Shown piece after piece: positions 1 to 8,999 of a stretch of DNA of 64,000 nt (positions within the stretch are counted from its first letter, which is position 1; each line of letters begins with the position of its first letter). Where the stretch lies: NCBI GenBank assembly GCA_037200965.1, contig JBBCGK010000001.1, forward strand, positions 1 through 64,000, written 5' to 3'. The notes below the pieces were generated by a model. It made no database searches and was not told the DNA's origin. It was given only the letters and a program-made list of their open reading frames with translations. The translations under genes were made by a program, and so were the position numbers. The DNA comes from a bacterium. GTDB taxonomy: Bacteria > Patescibacteriota > Minisyncoccia > Phycocordibacterales > Phycocordibacteraceae.

Positions 1-606
1 ATGTGGCCCGACCTCACGCTTCCCGAGATACAATCGCTCATCGCGCTCTACGGATACCTTCTCCTGTTTCCCATAACCGTCGTCGAGGGACCGATCGTCG
101 GGGTGATCGCCGGGCTCCTGGTCGCGACGGGGCAGCTCAACTGGTTCTGGGTTTTCCTGGTTCTCTTTGCGGGCGACCTTGCGGGCGACGTCGCGTACTA
201 CGCGCTCGGCCGCTACGGACATGGCCCCCTCATGCGGCGCCTGGCCTCGAAGCTCGGACTCACGGAAGCGCGCATGCGTCCCATCGAAGACGAATTTCGG
301 CGCCACGACGCGAAGCTCATCCTCATCGGGAAAACCCAGGCCCTCGGGTCGGTAATCCTCTATCTTGCGGGCGCGGTGCGCATGCCGCTCGGAAGGTTCC
401 TTTGGTGGAATACGGTCGGCACGATACCGAAAGTCGTGCTCTTTGAAGCCGCGGGCTATTTCTTCGGCGCAAGCCTTACGCAAGCCAGCAGATATCTCGA
501 CTATGCGGGCGTCGCGACGTTCGCACTCGCGCTTATCCTCCTCGGCTCGTATCTGTATTTCAGGAAATACCTCGGTGCACAGATGACGCCAGGCGGGAAA
601 GAATGA
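1..606 (+). CDS. DedA/VTT-domain (SNARE-associated) membrane protein
   Basis: ATG at position 1 (may be 5'-truncated by the window edge). Multi-TM hydrophobic profile with a DedA-like core (GDLAGDVAYYALGRYG). TGA stop at 604-606. Confidence 0.7.
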   Translation: MWPDLTLPEIQSLIALYGYLLLFPITVVEGPIVGVIAGLLVATGQLNWFWVFLVLFAGDLAGDVAYYALGRYGHGPLMRRLASKLGLTEARMRPIEDEFRRHDAKLILIGKTQALGSVILYLAGAVRMPLGRFLWWNTVGTIPKVVLFEAAGYFFGASLTQASRYLDYAGVATFALALILLGSYLYFRKYLGAQMTPGGKE

Positions 607-1309
607 GGCATGAGCGTGACGGGGCGGTGCTTTCCATGTGCGAGAGGAAATAGAAATACTGGGAAATGATCTCGAAGGGAGAAAGGACGGTGAATACGTC
701 GATGACCATGCCCGCTTCGGCCTGAAAGCCCCGGCGCCATCCTATCTTTTCGTACATCCGGACATTAAATACGCTCTCCCAATTGACGACCGTGAGGCGC
801 AGGCCTGCCGCCATGATTTGGCGGTTGATGAACGATTCGCACCCGAAGCGCGGGAGTTTCCGCATTCCCTCGAGGTGTCCGGCGACGAGCGCGCGGGGAA
901 TGACGCGCTCTCCGGATACAAAATCGATGCCGACCATCCGGTATATCCAAAGGCTGTTCGCGCGAAGGCTAAGCGATACGTCGCTTCTGCCCTCAAGCAC
1001 GGGCTTCGCGAGGGCGGAAATGTTCGCGGGCGTCACTCCCGCAAGATCGGCGTCGAGGAGCATGAGCAGTTCTCCCTTCGCCGCTTCGATGCCGAGCGTG
1101 AGCGCATGGGTCTTTCCCTTGTTCTGCGGGTATGAAATGAGCTTCAGCTTGTCGCCGTACGAGGAGAGCAGGGCATGCGTCTCGTCGGTCGACCCGTCGT
1201 TTACGACGATCACTTCTGCAAGGAACGGGTGGTCTATGACCGCGGAGAGGATGGTCCGTATCCGGTGTTCCTCGTTGTATGCGCATATGACGCAGGAGAT
1301 CGTCCGCAT
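560..1309 (-). CDS. family 2 glycosyltransferase
   Basis: Minus-strand ORF. Internal ATG at 1309 gives N-terminus MRTISCVICAYNEE, typical of a GT2 start. Contains the VVNDGSTDET and DAD motifs. The track's upstream start at 1345 is less likely. Confidence 0.75.
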   Translation of the reverse strand: MRTISCVICAYNEEHRIRTILSAVIDHPFLAEVIVVNDGSTDETHALLSSYGDKLKLISYPQNKGKTHALTLGIEAAKGELLMLLDADLAGVTPANISALAKPVLEGRSDVSLSLRANSLWIYRMVGIDFVSGERVIPRALVAGHLEGMRKLPRFGCESFINRQIMAAGLRLTVVNWESVFNVRMYEKIGWRRGFQAEAGMVIDVFTVLSPFEIISQYFYFLSHMESTAPSRSCLILSRLASSVHRGIS

Positions 1310-1406
1310 ATGAAGGATTGTCGCTCCTAAGCGCGTGCGCCGCAAGCGCCCCGGCGTACCGGCAGGTTGAGCGCGGAAACCGCGATCCTGCGAACTTCAG
1401 GTGCGT

Positions 1407-1435
1407 TTGATGACACGAACCACTATCCGTAGTAT
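1407..1435 (+). promoter_or_regulatory. sigma70-like promoter: -35 TTGATG, 17-nt spacer, -10 TAGTAT
   Basis: TTGATG at 1407-1412 and TAGTAT at 1430-1435. Followed by a purine-rich RBS (aaggaaggatag) and the ATG at 1496. Confidence 0.45.
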
Positions 1436-1495
1436 GTTGTTATCCGGGTAATTCCCAAACCCGTTCCTCGCATCAAATTAAGGAAGGATAGCGCA

Positions 1496-2275
1496 ATGTC
1501 AAATCGCAGTCTCCGCCGCATGAGCGAGGGCGATGTCCTCGGCATCATGAATGCGCGTTCCGGACAAATTCGGGACGCTACGGCCGAACAACAGGCGCTC
1601 GAAGAGCGCCGGGTCTTCGCGGATCGTGTTCAGAACAATCTGGGCTACACACCTCTCGCTGCCGCCATCCAGCATGAGAGCATCACCGTTCCGGTGGACG
1701 TGGTTCTGATGAGGACCTTGTGGAATCTCGGAATCCGTCCACTTGATCGCGCATCGGTGCTCAAATATCAGCGGCGCGCGATCAAGGCAATGCACAACGT
1801 CCTCCTTACCTTGTTTGGATGGCCTATGCTCATAGTCGGCTTGATCGGCTCGATCTTGGTCATCAGCAATGGTATGAGCGAGGCGATCGGGAGCCATGAT
1901 TCGACGTTCGCTGCCATGAGGCACGGCGGATGGGTCTGGCCTGCTCTGTTCGGTTTCGGTTTTGCGTTCGTTCTGATCGAGCACAGGATCGTGCCGCGCT
2001 CTGTCTGGCGTGTCTTGAACTTGAAGGATCATTCACGCTTCGGCCTGAATGGCACCGCGCTGTTGCCCCGTGCCGCGCTCGAGATCGCGCTCCAAGTACA
2101 AGAGAAAGTCCCGAGCGCGTTGTTTTTCGTGCATTCTCTCACGCACGAATACGGCTCGTGGCGGATTGTCCCGAGCCCGGACCCGTTCCTTGAAGTTCGG
2201 TTCGGCAGCGAAACGTATTTCGTTGCCGTCTGGGATGAGCCGGGATTTGACGGCCGTTTGGCGGCTGTCGAATAA
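1496..2275 (+). CDS. hypothetical protein with central TM segments
   Basis: 259-aa ORF with its own promoter/RBS upstream and a rho-independent terminator downstream. No recognisable family. Confidence 0.5.
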   Translation: MSNRSLRRMSEGDVLGIMNARSGQIRDATAEQQALEERRVFADRVQNNLGYTPLAAAIQHESITVPVDVVLMRTLWNLGIRPLDRASVLKYQRRAIKAMHNVLLTLFGWPMLIVGLIGSILVISNGMSEAIGSHDSTFAAMRHGGWVWPALFGFGFAFVLIEHRIVPRSVWRVLNLKDHSRFGLNGTALLPRAALEIALQVQEKVPSALFFVHSLTHEYGSWRIVPSPDPFLEVRFGSETYFVAVWDEPGFDGRLAAVE

Positions 2276-2305
2276 CGGGAACGATCATGCGTGCACTCCT
2301 TGAAA

Positions 2306-2336
2306 TGCCCCGGCCTGCAAGTCGGGGCATTTTTTG
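2306..2336 (+). terminator. rho-independent terminator
   Basis: Stem TGCCCCG (2306-2312), 10-nt loop, stem CGGGGCA (2323-2329), then TTTTTTG. Sits directly after the stop of the 1496-2275 gene. Confidence 0.7.
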
Positions 2337-2463
2337 TGTTCGCAGGAAACCCCGCGCGTATCCTTCATCCCCGCAAGCGCGGGGATGAATGCGGAGCGGT
2401 CACGCGCAAGCGCCGCAGAAGGAAACCCCGGGCGCAGCGAAGCGGAGCCCGGGGAGGAGGTCA

Positions 2464-4038
2464 TTAGGTTCGCTCCCGCTTCGGCCGTCTTGTTCGAATC
2501 CTGTTCTTCGGGCTCTCAAGCCCGAGCGCCGCGCGGATGTGGCGCCGCGCAAGCGACGTCTTCGCGAAATCGAGCCATTTCGCGGTCGGATGCGTTGACT
2601 CTCGCTTCAGTATCTCGACGCGGTCGCCGTTCTTGAGCGTGGTATCGAACGACACCATCTTCCCGTTCACCTTCGCCCCCTGCATATGGTCGCCCAGGGT
2701 CGAGTGTATCGCGTACGCGAAGTCGACCGGCGTCGAGTCGATCGGCAGATCGATCACGTCTCCCTTCGGAGTGAAGACGAAGACGCGGTGGCTGAAGAAG
2801 TCTTCCTTGAGGCCCGTGATGAATTCCTTCGATTCGGCGATGGAAGCGTGCGCTCCCGCAAGGTCGGCGAGCCACTTTGGCGGGTCGGCCTTTTTCATTT
2901 CCGGCGCCGCTTCGGGAGGCTTTCTCGAAAAGCGCAGAAGCGACGGCATCATTTCCCGTATCCAGCCGAACGAGAGGCGTTGCGAAGCGTCTTTCGATGC
3001 CTCGGCTCCCAGCTGCTTATACGAGAGGTGCGAGGCGATGCCGTATCTCGCTTTCGCATGCATGTCGCTCGTGCGTATCTGTATCTCGACGATGCCCGCT
3101 TCGGCCGTGAGGACGGTCGTGTGGAGGCTTTGATAGCCGTTGGGCTTCGGAAGGGCGATATAGTCCTTGAATTCTCCCGGGAGCGGCTTCCAGCGTGCGT
3201 GGATGACGCCGAGCGCCGTATAGCAGTCGCTTATGGCGGGGACGATGACGCGCAGCGCGGCGATATCGTTGATTTTCGTGATGTCGTCGCCCTTGCGCGC
3301 GAGCTTCTGATGCAGACTCCAGAGTCCTTTGACGCGTATCTCGGTATGGAAATCCTTGACGCCCTTCCTTGCGAGTTCCTTCTGGAGTTCTTTCTGCACT
3401 TTCGCGAGCCCCACTTCGCTTTCCTTGCGGGCGAGCTTGCGGACTTCGGCGGTGTGCGCGTATGCGTCGGGATCGACATACGGGAACGCGAGGTCCTCAA
3501 GCTCCTTCTTCACGCGCCCCATGCCGAGGCGGTCGGCCAGGGGAGCGTATATCTCGAGCGTCTCGAGCGCGATGCGCTTGCGCTTCTCGTCCGGCACATG
3601 CTCGAGGGTCTGCATGTTGTGATAGCGGTCCGTGAGCTTGATGATGAGCACGCGGATGTCGGAGGAGGTCGCGACCAAAAGGCGCCGGAGGCTTTCGGCG
3701 TGCCGTTCGGCACCGCGGTATTTATGCTTGCCGAGTTTGGTCACGCCCTCGACCAGAAACAGCACTTCCTTGCCGAATTCCTTTTCAACTTCTTCGGGGG
3801 TCGCCCGGGCGTCTTCGATGGCGTCGTGAAGGAGCCCCGCCGCGATCGTTCTCGCGTCCATTCCGGCGGCGGCGAGCATCTTGGCGACAGCCGCGGGATG
3901 TATGAAATACGGCTCTCCCGAATAGCGGGTATGGCCCTCATGCGCTTTGGCAGCGAAGTCGTACGCCTTTTTTACGAACGCGATATTCTCGTCCGACGCA
4001 TTCTGCATTTCTGCCAGGATTTCCTTGACGGGCGTCAT
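2464..4038 (-). CDS. rel: bifunctional (p)ppGpp synthetase/hydrolase, RelA/SpoT family (short form, HD + synthetase + TGS, no ACT)
   Basis: 524-aa protein. HD hydrolase motifs (HDAIEDA), the RelA/SpoT synthetase core (IAALRVIVP...DYIALPKPNGYQSLHTTV) and a TGS-like C-terminus. Confidence 0.9.
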   Translation of the reverse strand: MTPVKEILAEMQNASDENIAFVKKAYDFAAKAHEGHTRYSGEPYFIHPAAVAKMLAAAGMDARTIAAGLLHDAIEDARATPEEVEKEFGKEVLFLVEGVTKLGKHKYRGAERHAESLRRLLVATSSDIRVLIIKLTDRYHNMQTLEHVPDEKRKRIALETLEIYAPLADRLGMGRVKKELEDLAFPYVDPDAYAHTAEVRKLARKESEVGLAKVQKELQKELARKGVKDFHTEIRVKGLWSLHQKLARKGDDITKINDIAALRVIVPAISDCYTALGVIHARWKPLPGEFKDYIALPKPNGYQSLHTTVLTAEAGIVEIQIRTSDMHAKARYGIASHLSYKQLGAEASKDASQRLSFGWIREMMPSLLRFSRKPPEAAPEMKKADPPKWLADLAGAHASIAESKEFITGLKEDFFSHRVFVFTPKGDVIDLPIDSTPVDFAYAIHSTLGDHMQGAKVNGKMVSFDTTLKNGDRVEILKRESTHPTAKWLDFAKTSLARRHIRAALGLESPKNRIRTRRPKRERT

Positions 4039-4092
4039 GCCCTCTATGATACCCCTAGCATCGAGTTAGTAAACTAATACACAACTCCTGCT

Positions 4093-5037
4093 TTATTTGG
4101 ATTCTGCAATAGTCTTTGCAAGACTCGCCTTAAGGCTTTCCGATTCCGGCCACCAAAAAAGCTGCTCAAGATCATGATCGATCGCGTACAATGCCAGACG
4201 TGTGCCTAATTTGTTAAACGAAAAGAGTTCAGGGTAAAATTCTCTATACCACTCCATCAGGTCTGCATAATCTTCCGGCCTGATAAGCGGTTCCGCCGCT
4301 TCGGACGCATATTTCATCGGTTCATTGACCATTCGTTGCACGACATCAAGAACATATTCGGCCGATCGAATATCCGTTCTCTCGAAATCAAGCATGCCAA
4401 CTACCTCCATATCTCGAACGATGAAATTGTCGAAATGCACATCATAGTAGGTCAGTGCCGTCTTGCTTTCATCGAGCACTTGCGCGTTCTCTTCTACATA
4501 TTTTCTTATCTCATGTACAAAGCCAGGCTCAATTCCTCCTTTCATAATGGCTTTGGCCGCATGTTCCTCAATATTCGCCATCATTCTGTTGCGCCATAAT
4601 GCAGTGGTGTCGATGCCGAAGTTCGCTGCGAATTCCTGGTAAGGCGTTTCATTTATTATCCTCAAGTAGGAACATATCTGTTTAACAACAGCCTTTCTTT
4701 CATCAACGGAATATTCATGCCATCGCATATAGAGATTGTCTCCCTTGATTTTTTCATATATGACATACCCTCTGTCGAGCGCTAGCTTATTGGTATCCGA
4801 ATATGCGATGACGGGAACTGGCAGCTTGTTCTGAAAGAGTCCGCAGAGATAAATCTCTTTCTTAAGATATATCTCATCTTCCTCGTCTCGTATTGCCTTG
4901 AAAATATACGTGTCGTCTATGGAATAGACATCATTCGAGAAGCCGACACCGAGCTTGCTGATTTGTTTAGGAACGCCAATCTCTGCTGCAATAAATACTT
5001 CCTTAATTTGATTTTCGCTCAATTTCGGAAGCGTCAT
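4093..5037 (-). CDS. phosphotransferase enzyme family protein (APH/choline-kinase-like small-molecule kinase)
   Basis: 314-aa protein with a kinase-like Brenner motif (VHFDNFIV) and a DFE motif (LDFERTD). Markedly lower GC than its flanks. Starts 2 nt after the topA stop on the same strand. Confidence 0.65.
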   Translation of the reverse strand: MTLPKLSENQIKEVFIAAEIGVPKQISKLGVGFSNDVYSIDDTYIFKAIRDEEDEIYLKKEIYLCGLFQNKLPVPVIAYSDTNKLALDRGYVIYEKIKGDNLYMRWHEYSVDERKAVVKQICSYLRIINETPYQEFAANFGIDTTALWRNRMMANIEEHAAKAIMKGGIEPGFVHEIRKYVEENAQVLDESKTALTYYDVHFDNFIVRDMEVVGMLDFERTDIRSAEYVLDVVQRMVNEPMKYASEAAEPLIRPEDYADLMEWYREFYPELFSFNKLGTRLALYAIDHDLEQLFWWPESESLKASLAKTIAESK

Positions 5038-5039
5038 AA

Positions 5040-7442
5040 CTACTTAAGATATTCAGCAGCTTCCTCTGGCGTAAGCGTCGCGGGATCGATCGAATTCGGA
5101 AGATAGATGCGGCGGAGGCCTTTCTTGAGAAAGACTCCCTGCTTCGATTTGAGGAGCGTAATTATTTTCTTGGTCTTTGGATGGGGGCCGACATCGCGAA
5201 CCTTCTCGACGCCCTTCGGAAGCTGCTTGGCGACCGCGAGAAGCGCGAGCGCCTCGGGAAGCGTGATCGTATACGGGTCGCCTTTCTTGATGGAGCGGAA
5301 TTCTCCCTCCGTGCCGACGTAGGGGCCGAAGCGCCCGGTGTTGGCGAAGACATCCTTCCCGGTTTCCGGGTGTGTCCCAAGCACTCTCGGAAGCGACAGG
5401 TATTTCACCGCATCCGCAAGCGTCACGTTCGCGGGAGAAATGCCCGCCGGGATGCTCGCGCGGCGCACATTGGCTTTCGGCTTCGCTTTGGACTTTCGTT
5501 TGCCCTTCGGCTTCTTCGCAGCTTGTTCCTCCTTCGGTTCCTCTTCGGATACAGTCGCCTCAAGCGGCATCTCGACATACGGCCCGTATTTCCCGGTCTT
5601 TATGTATATCGGAGCTCCGGTTTCGGGGTGCATGCCGATCGGCTCGTCGCCCTTGAGTTCGAGGCCGTCTTCGCCGCGGGCACCGAGGCACTCGGGATAG
5701 CGCTTGCAGCTCATGAAAATACCGCCGCGCCCGAGCTTGAATTCCATCGGGCTTTTGCAGATAGGGCAGGGGAACTCGGAAGGCGCATCGCCAAGCGCCG
5801 TGGCTTTCGGAAGACTGTCTTTCTCATGCACTTCCTTGAGGAAGGGGGTATAGAAATCACGGAGCGTGGGCGCGTATCCGCGCTCCCCGCGCGCGATCTC
5901 GTCAAGCTCGTCCTCCATCTCGGCCGTGAAGGAATCGCTGATGTACTTCGCGAAATGATCCTCGAGCCAGCCGGAGACGACCATGCCGGTCGCGGTCGGC
6001 GTAAGTGTCCGCCCGGTCTTCTCGACATATCCGCGGTCTTGGATGGTCTTCATGATCGACGCGTACGTCGACGGGCGCCCGATGCCGCGCTTCTCGAGTT
6101 CCTTTATGAGTCCGGCCTCCGTATAGCGGTTTGGCGGCTCGGTCTGTTTCTCTTCGGCTTCAAGCGAACGGAGCGTGACCATATCTCCCTGCGAGAGTTT
6201 CGGCAGCTCCACGTCTTCTCCGCGCGCCTTCGTATCGCACGCAAGCCATCCCGGAAAGAGAAGACGGGAGCCGTTCGCCGTGAACTGCGGGATATCCGCA
6301 TCCGCATCCACTTTGATGCTCGTGCGCATGATCTTCGCGGCGGTCATCTGCGACGCGAGCGCGCGGGTGCGGATGAGTTCGTACACTTCTTCTTCGTCTC
6401 CCGTCGCTCCCGCCTTCGCTTTCGCCGCGTCGGTGGGGCGGATGGCTTCGTGCGCTTCCTGGGCGTTCTTGCTCTTCGTCTTATACGCCCGTGCCTCGGC
6501 GTATTCCTTTCCGAACTGCTTTTCGACGACCGAAAGCATGGACGCGACCGCGTCCTTCCCGAGATTCACGGAGTCGGTGCGCATATATGTGATGTGTCCG
6601 GCTTCGTACAGCTTCTGGGCGGCTCGCATAGTGCGCGACGGCGAATAGCCAAGCCGGGTCGAGGCGACCTGCTGGAGAGTCGAAGTGGTGAAAGGCGGGC
6701 GGGGCTGACGCTCTTCCGCGCGTTCCGAAACGTCCGCGATCTTCCAGGCCGCCTTCTTTCCGAGCTCTACGATGCGGCCGGCCTCTTCTTTTGTCTTCGG
6801 CTGTTCGCTTGCCGTTGCGGGGAAGTCGCCTGCTTTCGAGCCGAAGAGCGCATTGAGTACGAAATAGGTTTCGGCAATGAATGCCTTGATCTCGCGCTCG
6901 CGCTCGGCAAGTATGCGAAGCGCCGGGGACTGCACGCGTCCGGCCGAAAGCCCGTACCGCACTTTCTTCCAGATAAGTCCTGAGAGGTCGTACCCCACGA
7001 GGCGGTCGAGCACGCGCCGCGCTTCCTGGGCTGCCCGCAAATGCTGGTCGATCTCGCGGGGGTGGGCGAGCGCTTCCTCGATCGCCGCTTTGGTGATCTC
7101 GTGGAAGACGACACGCCTGGGCTTTTTGAGCCCTACGACCTGCTGGATATGCCAGGCGATCGCCTCGCCTTCGCGGTCCGGGTCGGTTGCGAGGTATATC
7201 TCGTCCGCCTTCGCCGCCTCGCGCTTGATGCGCTCGATCACGTCATGCTTGTCGGGAGAGACGACGTAGCGGGGGAGGAAATCCGCCTCGACATCGACCG
7301 CATCCTTGTTGCTTTTGGGGAGGTCGCGCACATGCCCCACCGACGCGATCACCTCGTATTCCTTGCCCAAATATGCGCCGATGGTGCGCGCCTTCGTGGG
7401 CGATTCGACGATGAGAAGCTTCTTTGCCATTACCCCACTCAT
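5040..7442 (-). CDS. topA: DNA topoisomerase I
   Basis: 800-aa protein. TOPRIM N-terminus (KLLIVESPTKARTI), Topo IA core, C-terminal Zn-ribbon-like cysteine clusters and a Lys-rich tail. Confidence 0.95.
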   Translation of the reverse strand: MSGVMAKKLLIVESPTKARTIGAYLGKEYEVIASVGHVRDLPKSNKDAVDVEADFLPRYVVSPDKHDVIERIKREAAKADEIYLATDPDREGEAIAWHIQQVVGLKKPRRVVFHEITKAAIEEALAHPREIDQHLRAAQEARRVLDRLVGYDLSGLIWKKVRYGLSAGRVQSPALRILAEREREIKAFIAETYFVLNALFGSKAGDFPATASEQPKTKEEAGRIVELGKKAAWKIADVSERAEERQPRPPFTTSTLQQVASTRLGYSPSRTMRAAQKLYEAGHITYMRTDSVNLGKDAVASMLSVVEKQFGKEYAEARAYKTKSKNAQEAHEAIRPTDAAKAKAGATGDEEEVYELIRTRALASQMTAAKIMRTSIKVDADADIPQFTANGSRLLFPGWLACDTKARGEDVELPKLSQGDMVTLRSLEAEEKQTEPPNRYTEAGLIKELEKRGIGRPSTYASIMKTIQDRGYVEKTGRTLTPTATGMVVSGWLEDHFAKYISDSFTAEMEDELDEIARGERGYAPTLRDFYTPFLKEVHEKDSLPKATALGDAPSEFPCPICKSPMEFKLGRGGIFMSCKRYPECLGARGEDGLELKGDEPIGMHPETGAPIYIKTGKYGPYVEMPLEATVSEEEPKEEQAAKKPKGKRKSKAKPKANVRRASIPAGISPANVTLADAVKYLSLPRVLGTHPETGKDVFANTGRFGPYVGTEGEFRSIKKGDPYTITLPEALALLAVAKQLPKGVEKVRDVGPHPKTKKIITLLKSKQGVFLKKGLRRIYLPNSIDPATLTPEEAAEYLK

Positions 7443-7564
7443 ACCGCGACCCTATATATATGGTCAAGCGCGGAAGACAGGGTGAAGGATGGAGCCGCTT
7501 CATAATAATCGCGGTTGAATCATTCTTTATCCGGTTATGAAGCGCCTCTCGCTATGAATATCGG

Positions 7565-7849
7565 ATGCAGCGCTTCGTGTCCGCATATGGGGTCGTAACG
7601 CTTACGGAGGAACGAAAGAAACACATCCTCGCGTTTCATCCTGACGTCACGCGCTGCTTCCCGCATTTTGCTCAAACGCTGGCAGAACCCGAGCTTACCC
7701 TGCCTTCCCGGAGCGACCCATCCGTTCTTATTTGCTACCGATTCCTTCCGCGTCGCAGGAAATATCTCGCAATCGTGCTGAAAGTCGGTCTCGAGCCCTT
7801 CGTACTTACCGCATATCTTGCAAAGAAACCGAAACGAATTATCCTATAA
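7565..7849 (+). CDS. small protein, putative DUF4258-like toxin partner of DUF2283
   Basis: 94-aa ORF starting at ATG. Ends 4 nt before the DUF2283 gene. Family assignment is tentative. Confidence 0.4.
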   Translation: MQRFVSAYGVVTLTEERKKHILAFHPDVTRCFPHFAQTLAEPELTLPSRSDPSVLICYRFLPRRRKYLAIVLKVGLEPFVLTAYLAKKPKRIIL

Positions 7850-7853
7850 CCAT

Positions 7854-8078
7854 ATGATTACGTACTACTACGACAAAGAAGCCGACGTTTTTTACTTCTC
7901 GCAGGGTATCCCGCGGGCATCCGACCAGACCGTGGAAACGGGAGACGACGTTCTGTTGCGCGTGAATCCTCGCACGAAGCGGGTGCGCGGTTTTACTATT
8001 CTCAATGCGTCTAAACATTCCCGGAGCACCCGGATTCATGCATCGCTCCCGTTTTCTTTTACTCCGGCGGTCTCGTAA
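7854..8078 (+). CDS. DUF2283-family protein (putative antitoxin)
   Basis: Internal ATG at 7854 gives MITYYYDKEADVFYFS, the hallmark YDxEADxLYI motif of DUF2283. The track's earlier start overlaps the upstream gene. Confidence 0.6.
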   Translation: MITYYYDKEADVFYFSQGIPRASDQTVETGDDVLLRVNPRTKRVRGFTILNASKHSRSTRIHASLPFSFTPAVS

Positions 8079-8079
8079 C

Positions 8080-8937
8080 TTACATACGGCGCCACTTGCC
8101 GAACTCCTTTTTGAGAACGCCGCGAAGCTCGAGCATTACGAGCGCCGCGAGCGCTTCTTTGGCTTCAAGCCGCAGGGCACGGATGATTTCGTCATGCGCT
8201 GCCGGCTCCTCAAGCAGGTCGTATATTTCCCGCTCCGCGCCCTCGAGTTCCGGCGGCGCTTCGCCTGATTCTTCCCGCGGCTTGAGCCGGAGCGCCTCGA
8301 GGATATGCTTCGGGTCCGACACAAGTTCGGCACCAAGGCGAATGAACAGATGCGAACCGAAGCCGTGGGGTGATCCGATCTCGTGCGGAACGCACAGAAG
8401 CTCACGGTTGTATTCGCCGGCAAGACGGGCAGTGATGAGGGTCCCGGAACGCTCTCCGGCTTCGATAACGAGGACTGCATCAGCGATTCCCGCCATGATG
8501 CGGTTCCTCTTTGGGAATCCCCAACGGGTGGCGCGGGAATCGGGAGGGAATTCGCTCATCAATCCTCCGCCGGCTTCAAGTATCCGCTTCGCAAGACCGC
8601 GGTTAGTTGAAGGATAGAGCACGTCGTCCTCGATCCCGGAACCGGGAATGGCGAGCGTGTGGAGACCCGCGTCAAGCGCGGCTTCGTGCGCTGCCGCGTC
8701 CGTGCCGAGCGCGAGCCCTGAGACAATGGAGACCGGGTATCCGGCGAGGCCTCCTATGAGCGTTTTACATGCCTGCCGTCCGTATCCCGTTATCGCTCGT
8801 GAACCCACGACCGCCAGACATTTGTGGCCCGGCGGCGGGAGTTCTCCCCTAAGCCACAGCCGCCCGGGCGGTCCCGGGATTTCCGAGAGGAGCGGAGGGA
8901 ACTCTTGTCTGTCTAATTCTCGAACAGGCCATTTCAT
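8080..8937 (-). CDS. dprA: DNA processing protein DprA (Smf)
   Basis: Rossmann-like DprA core (AVVGSRAITGYG...SGLALGTDAAAHEAAL...GTLITARLAGEYNRE). Start taken at ATG 8937 (MKWPVRELD). Confidence 0.85.
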   Translation of the reverse strand: MKWPVRELDRQEFPPLLSEIPGPPGRLWLRGELPPPGHKCLAVVGSRAITGYGRQACKTLIGGLAGYPVSIVSGLALGTDAAAHEAALDAGLHTLAIPGSGIEDDVLYPSTNRGLAKRILEAGGGLMSEFPPDSRATRWGFPKRNRIMAGIADAVLVIEAGERSGTLITARLAGEYNRELLCVPHEIGSPHGFGSHLFIRLGAELVSDPKHILEALRLKPREESGEAPPELEGAEREIYDLLEEPAAHDEIIRALRLEAKEALAALVMLELRGVLKKEFGKWRRM

Positions 8938-8999
8938 GCCGCGAACTATGCACGGTGTCTGGTGATGAAAAGATAAAAGTGTCGTATAGTATCGAGACA

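Noticed and set aside
2366-2386. Hairpin CATCCCCGC-AAG-GCGGGGATG as a terminator
   Set aside because: 9-bp stem but no adjacent T/A-run on either strand. It may be structural, but not a canonical intrinsic terminator.
5181-6983. 600-aa plus-strand ORF inside topA
   Set aside because: Antisense shadow of topA. Arg-rich, no domains.
8955-8999. GTG start at 8955 for serS
   Set aside because: ATG 9000 gives the canonical SerS N-terminus (MLDIHFIREN) and avoids extension toward the divergent dprA start.
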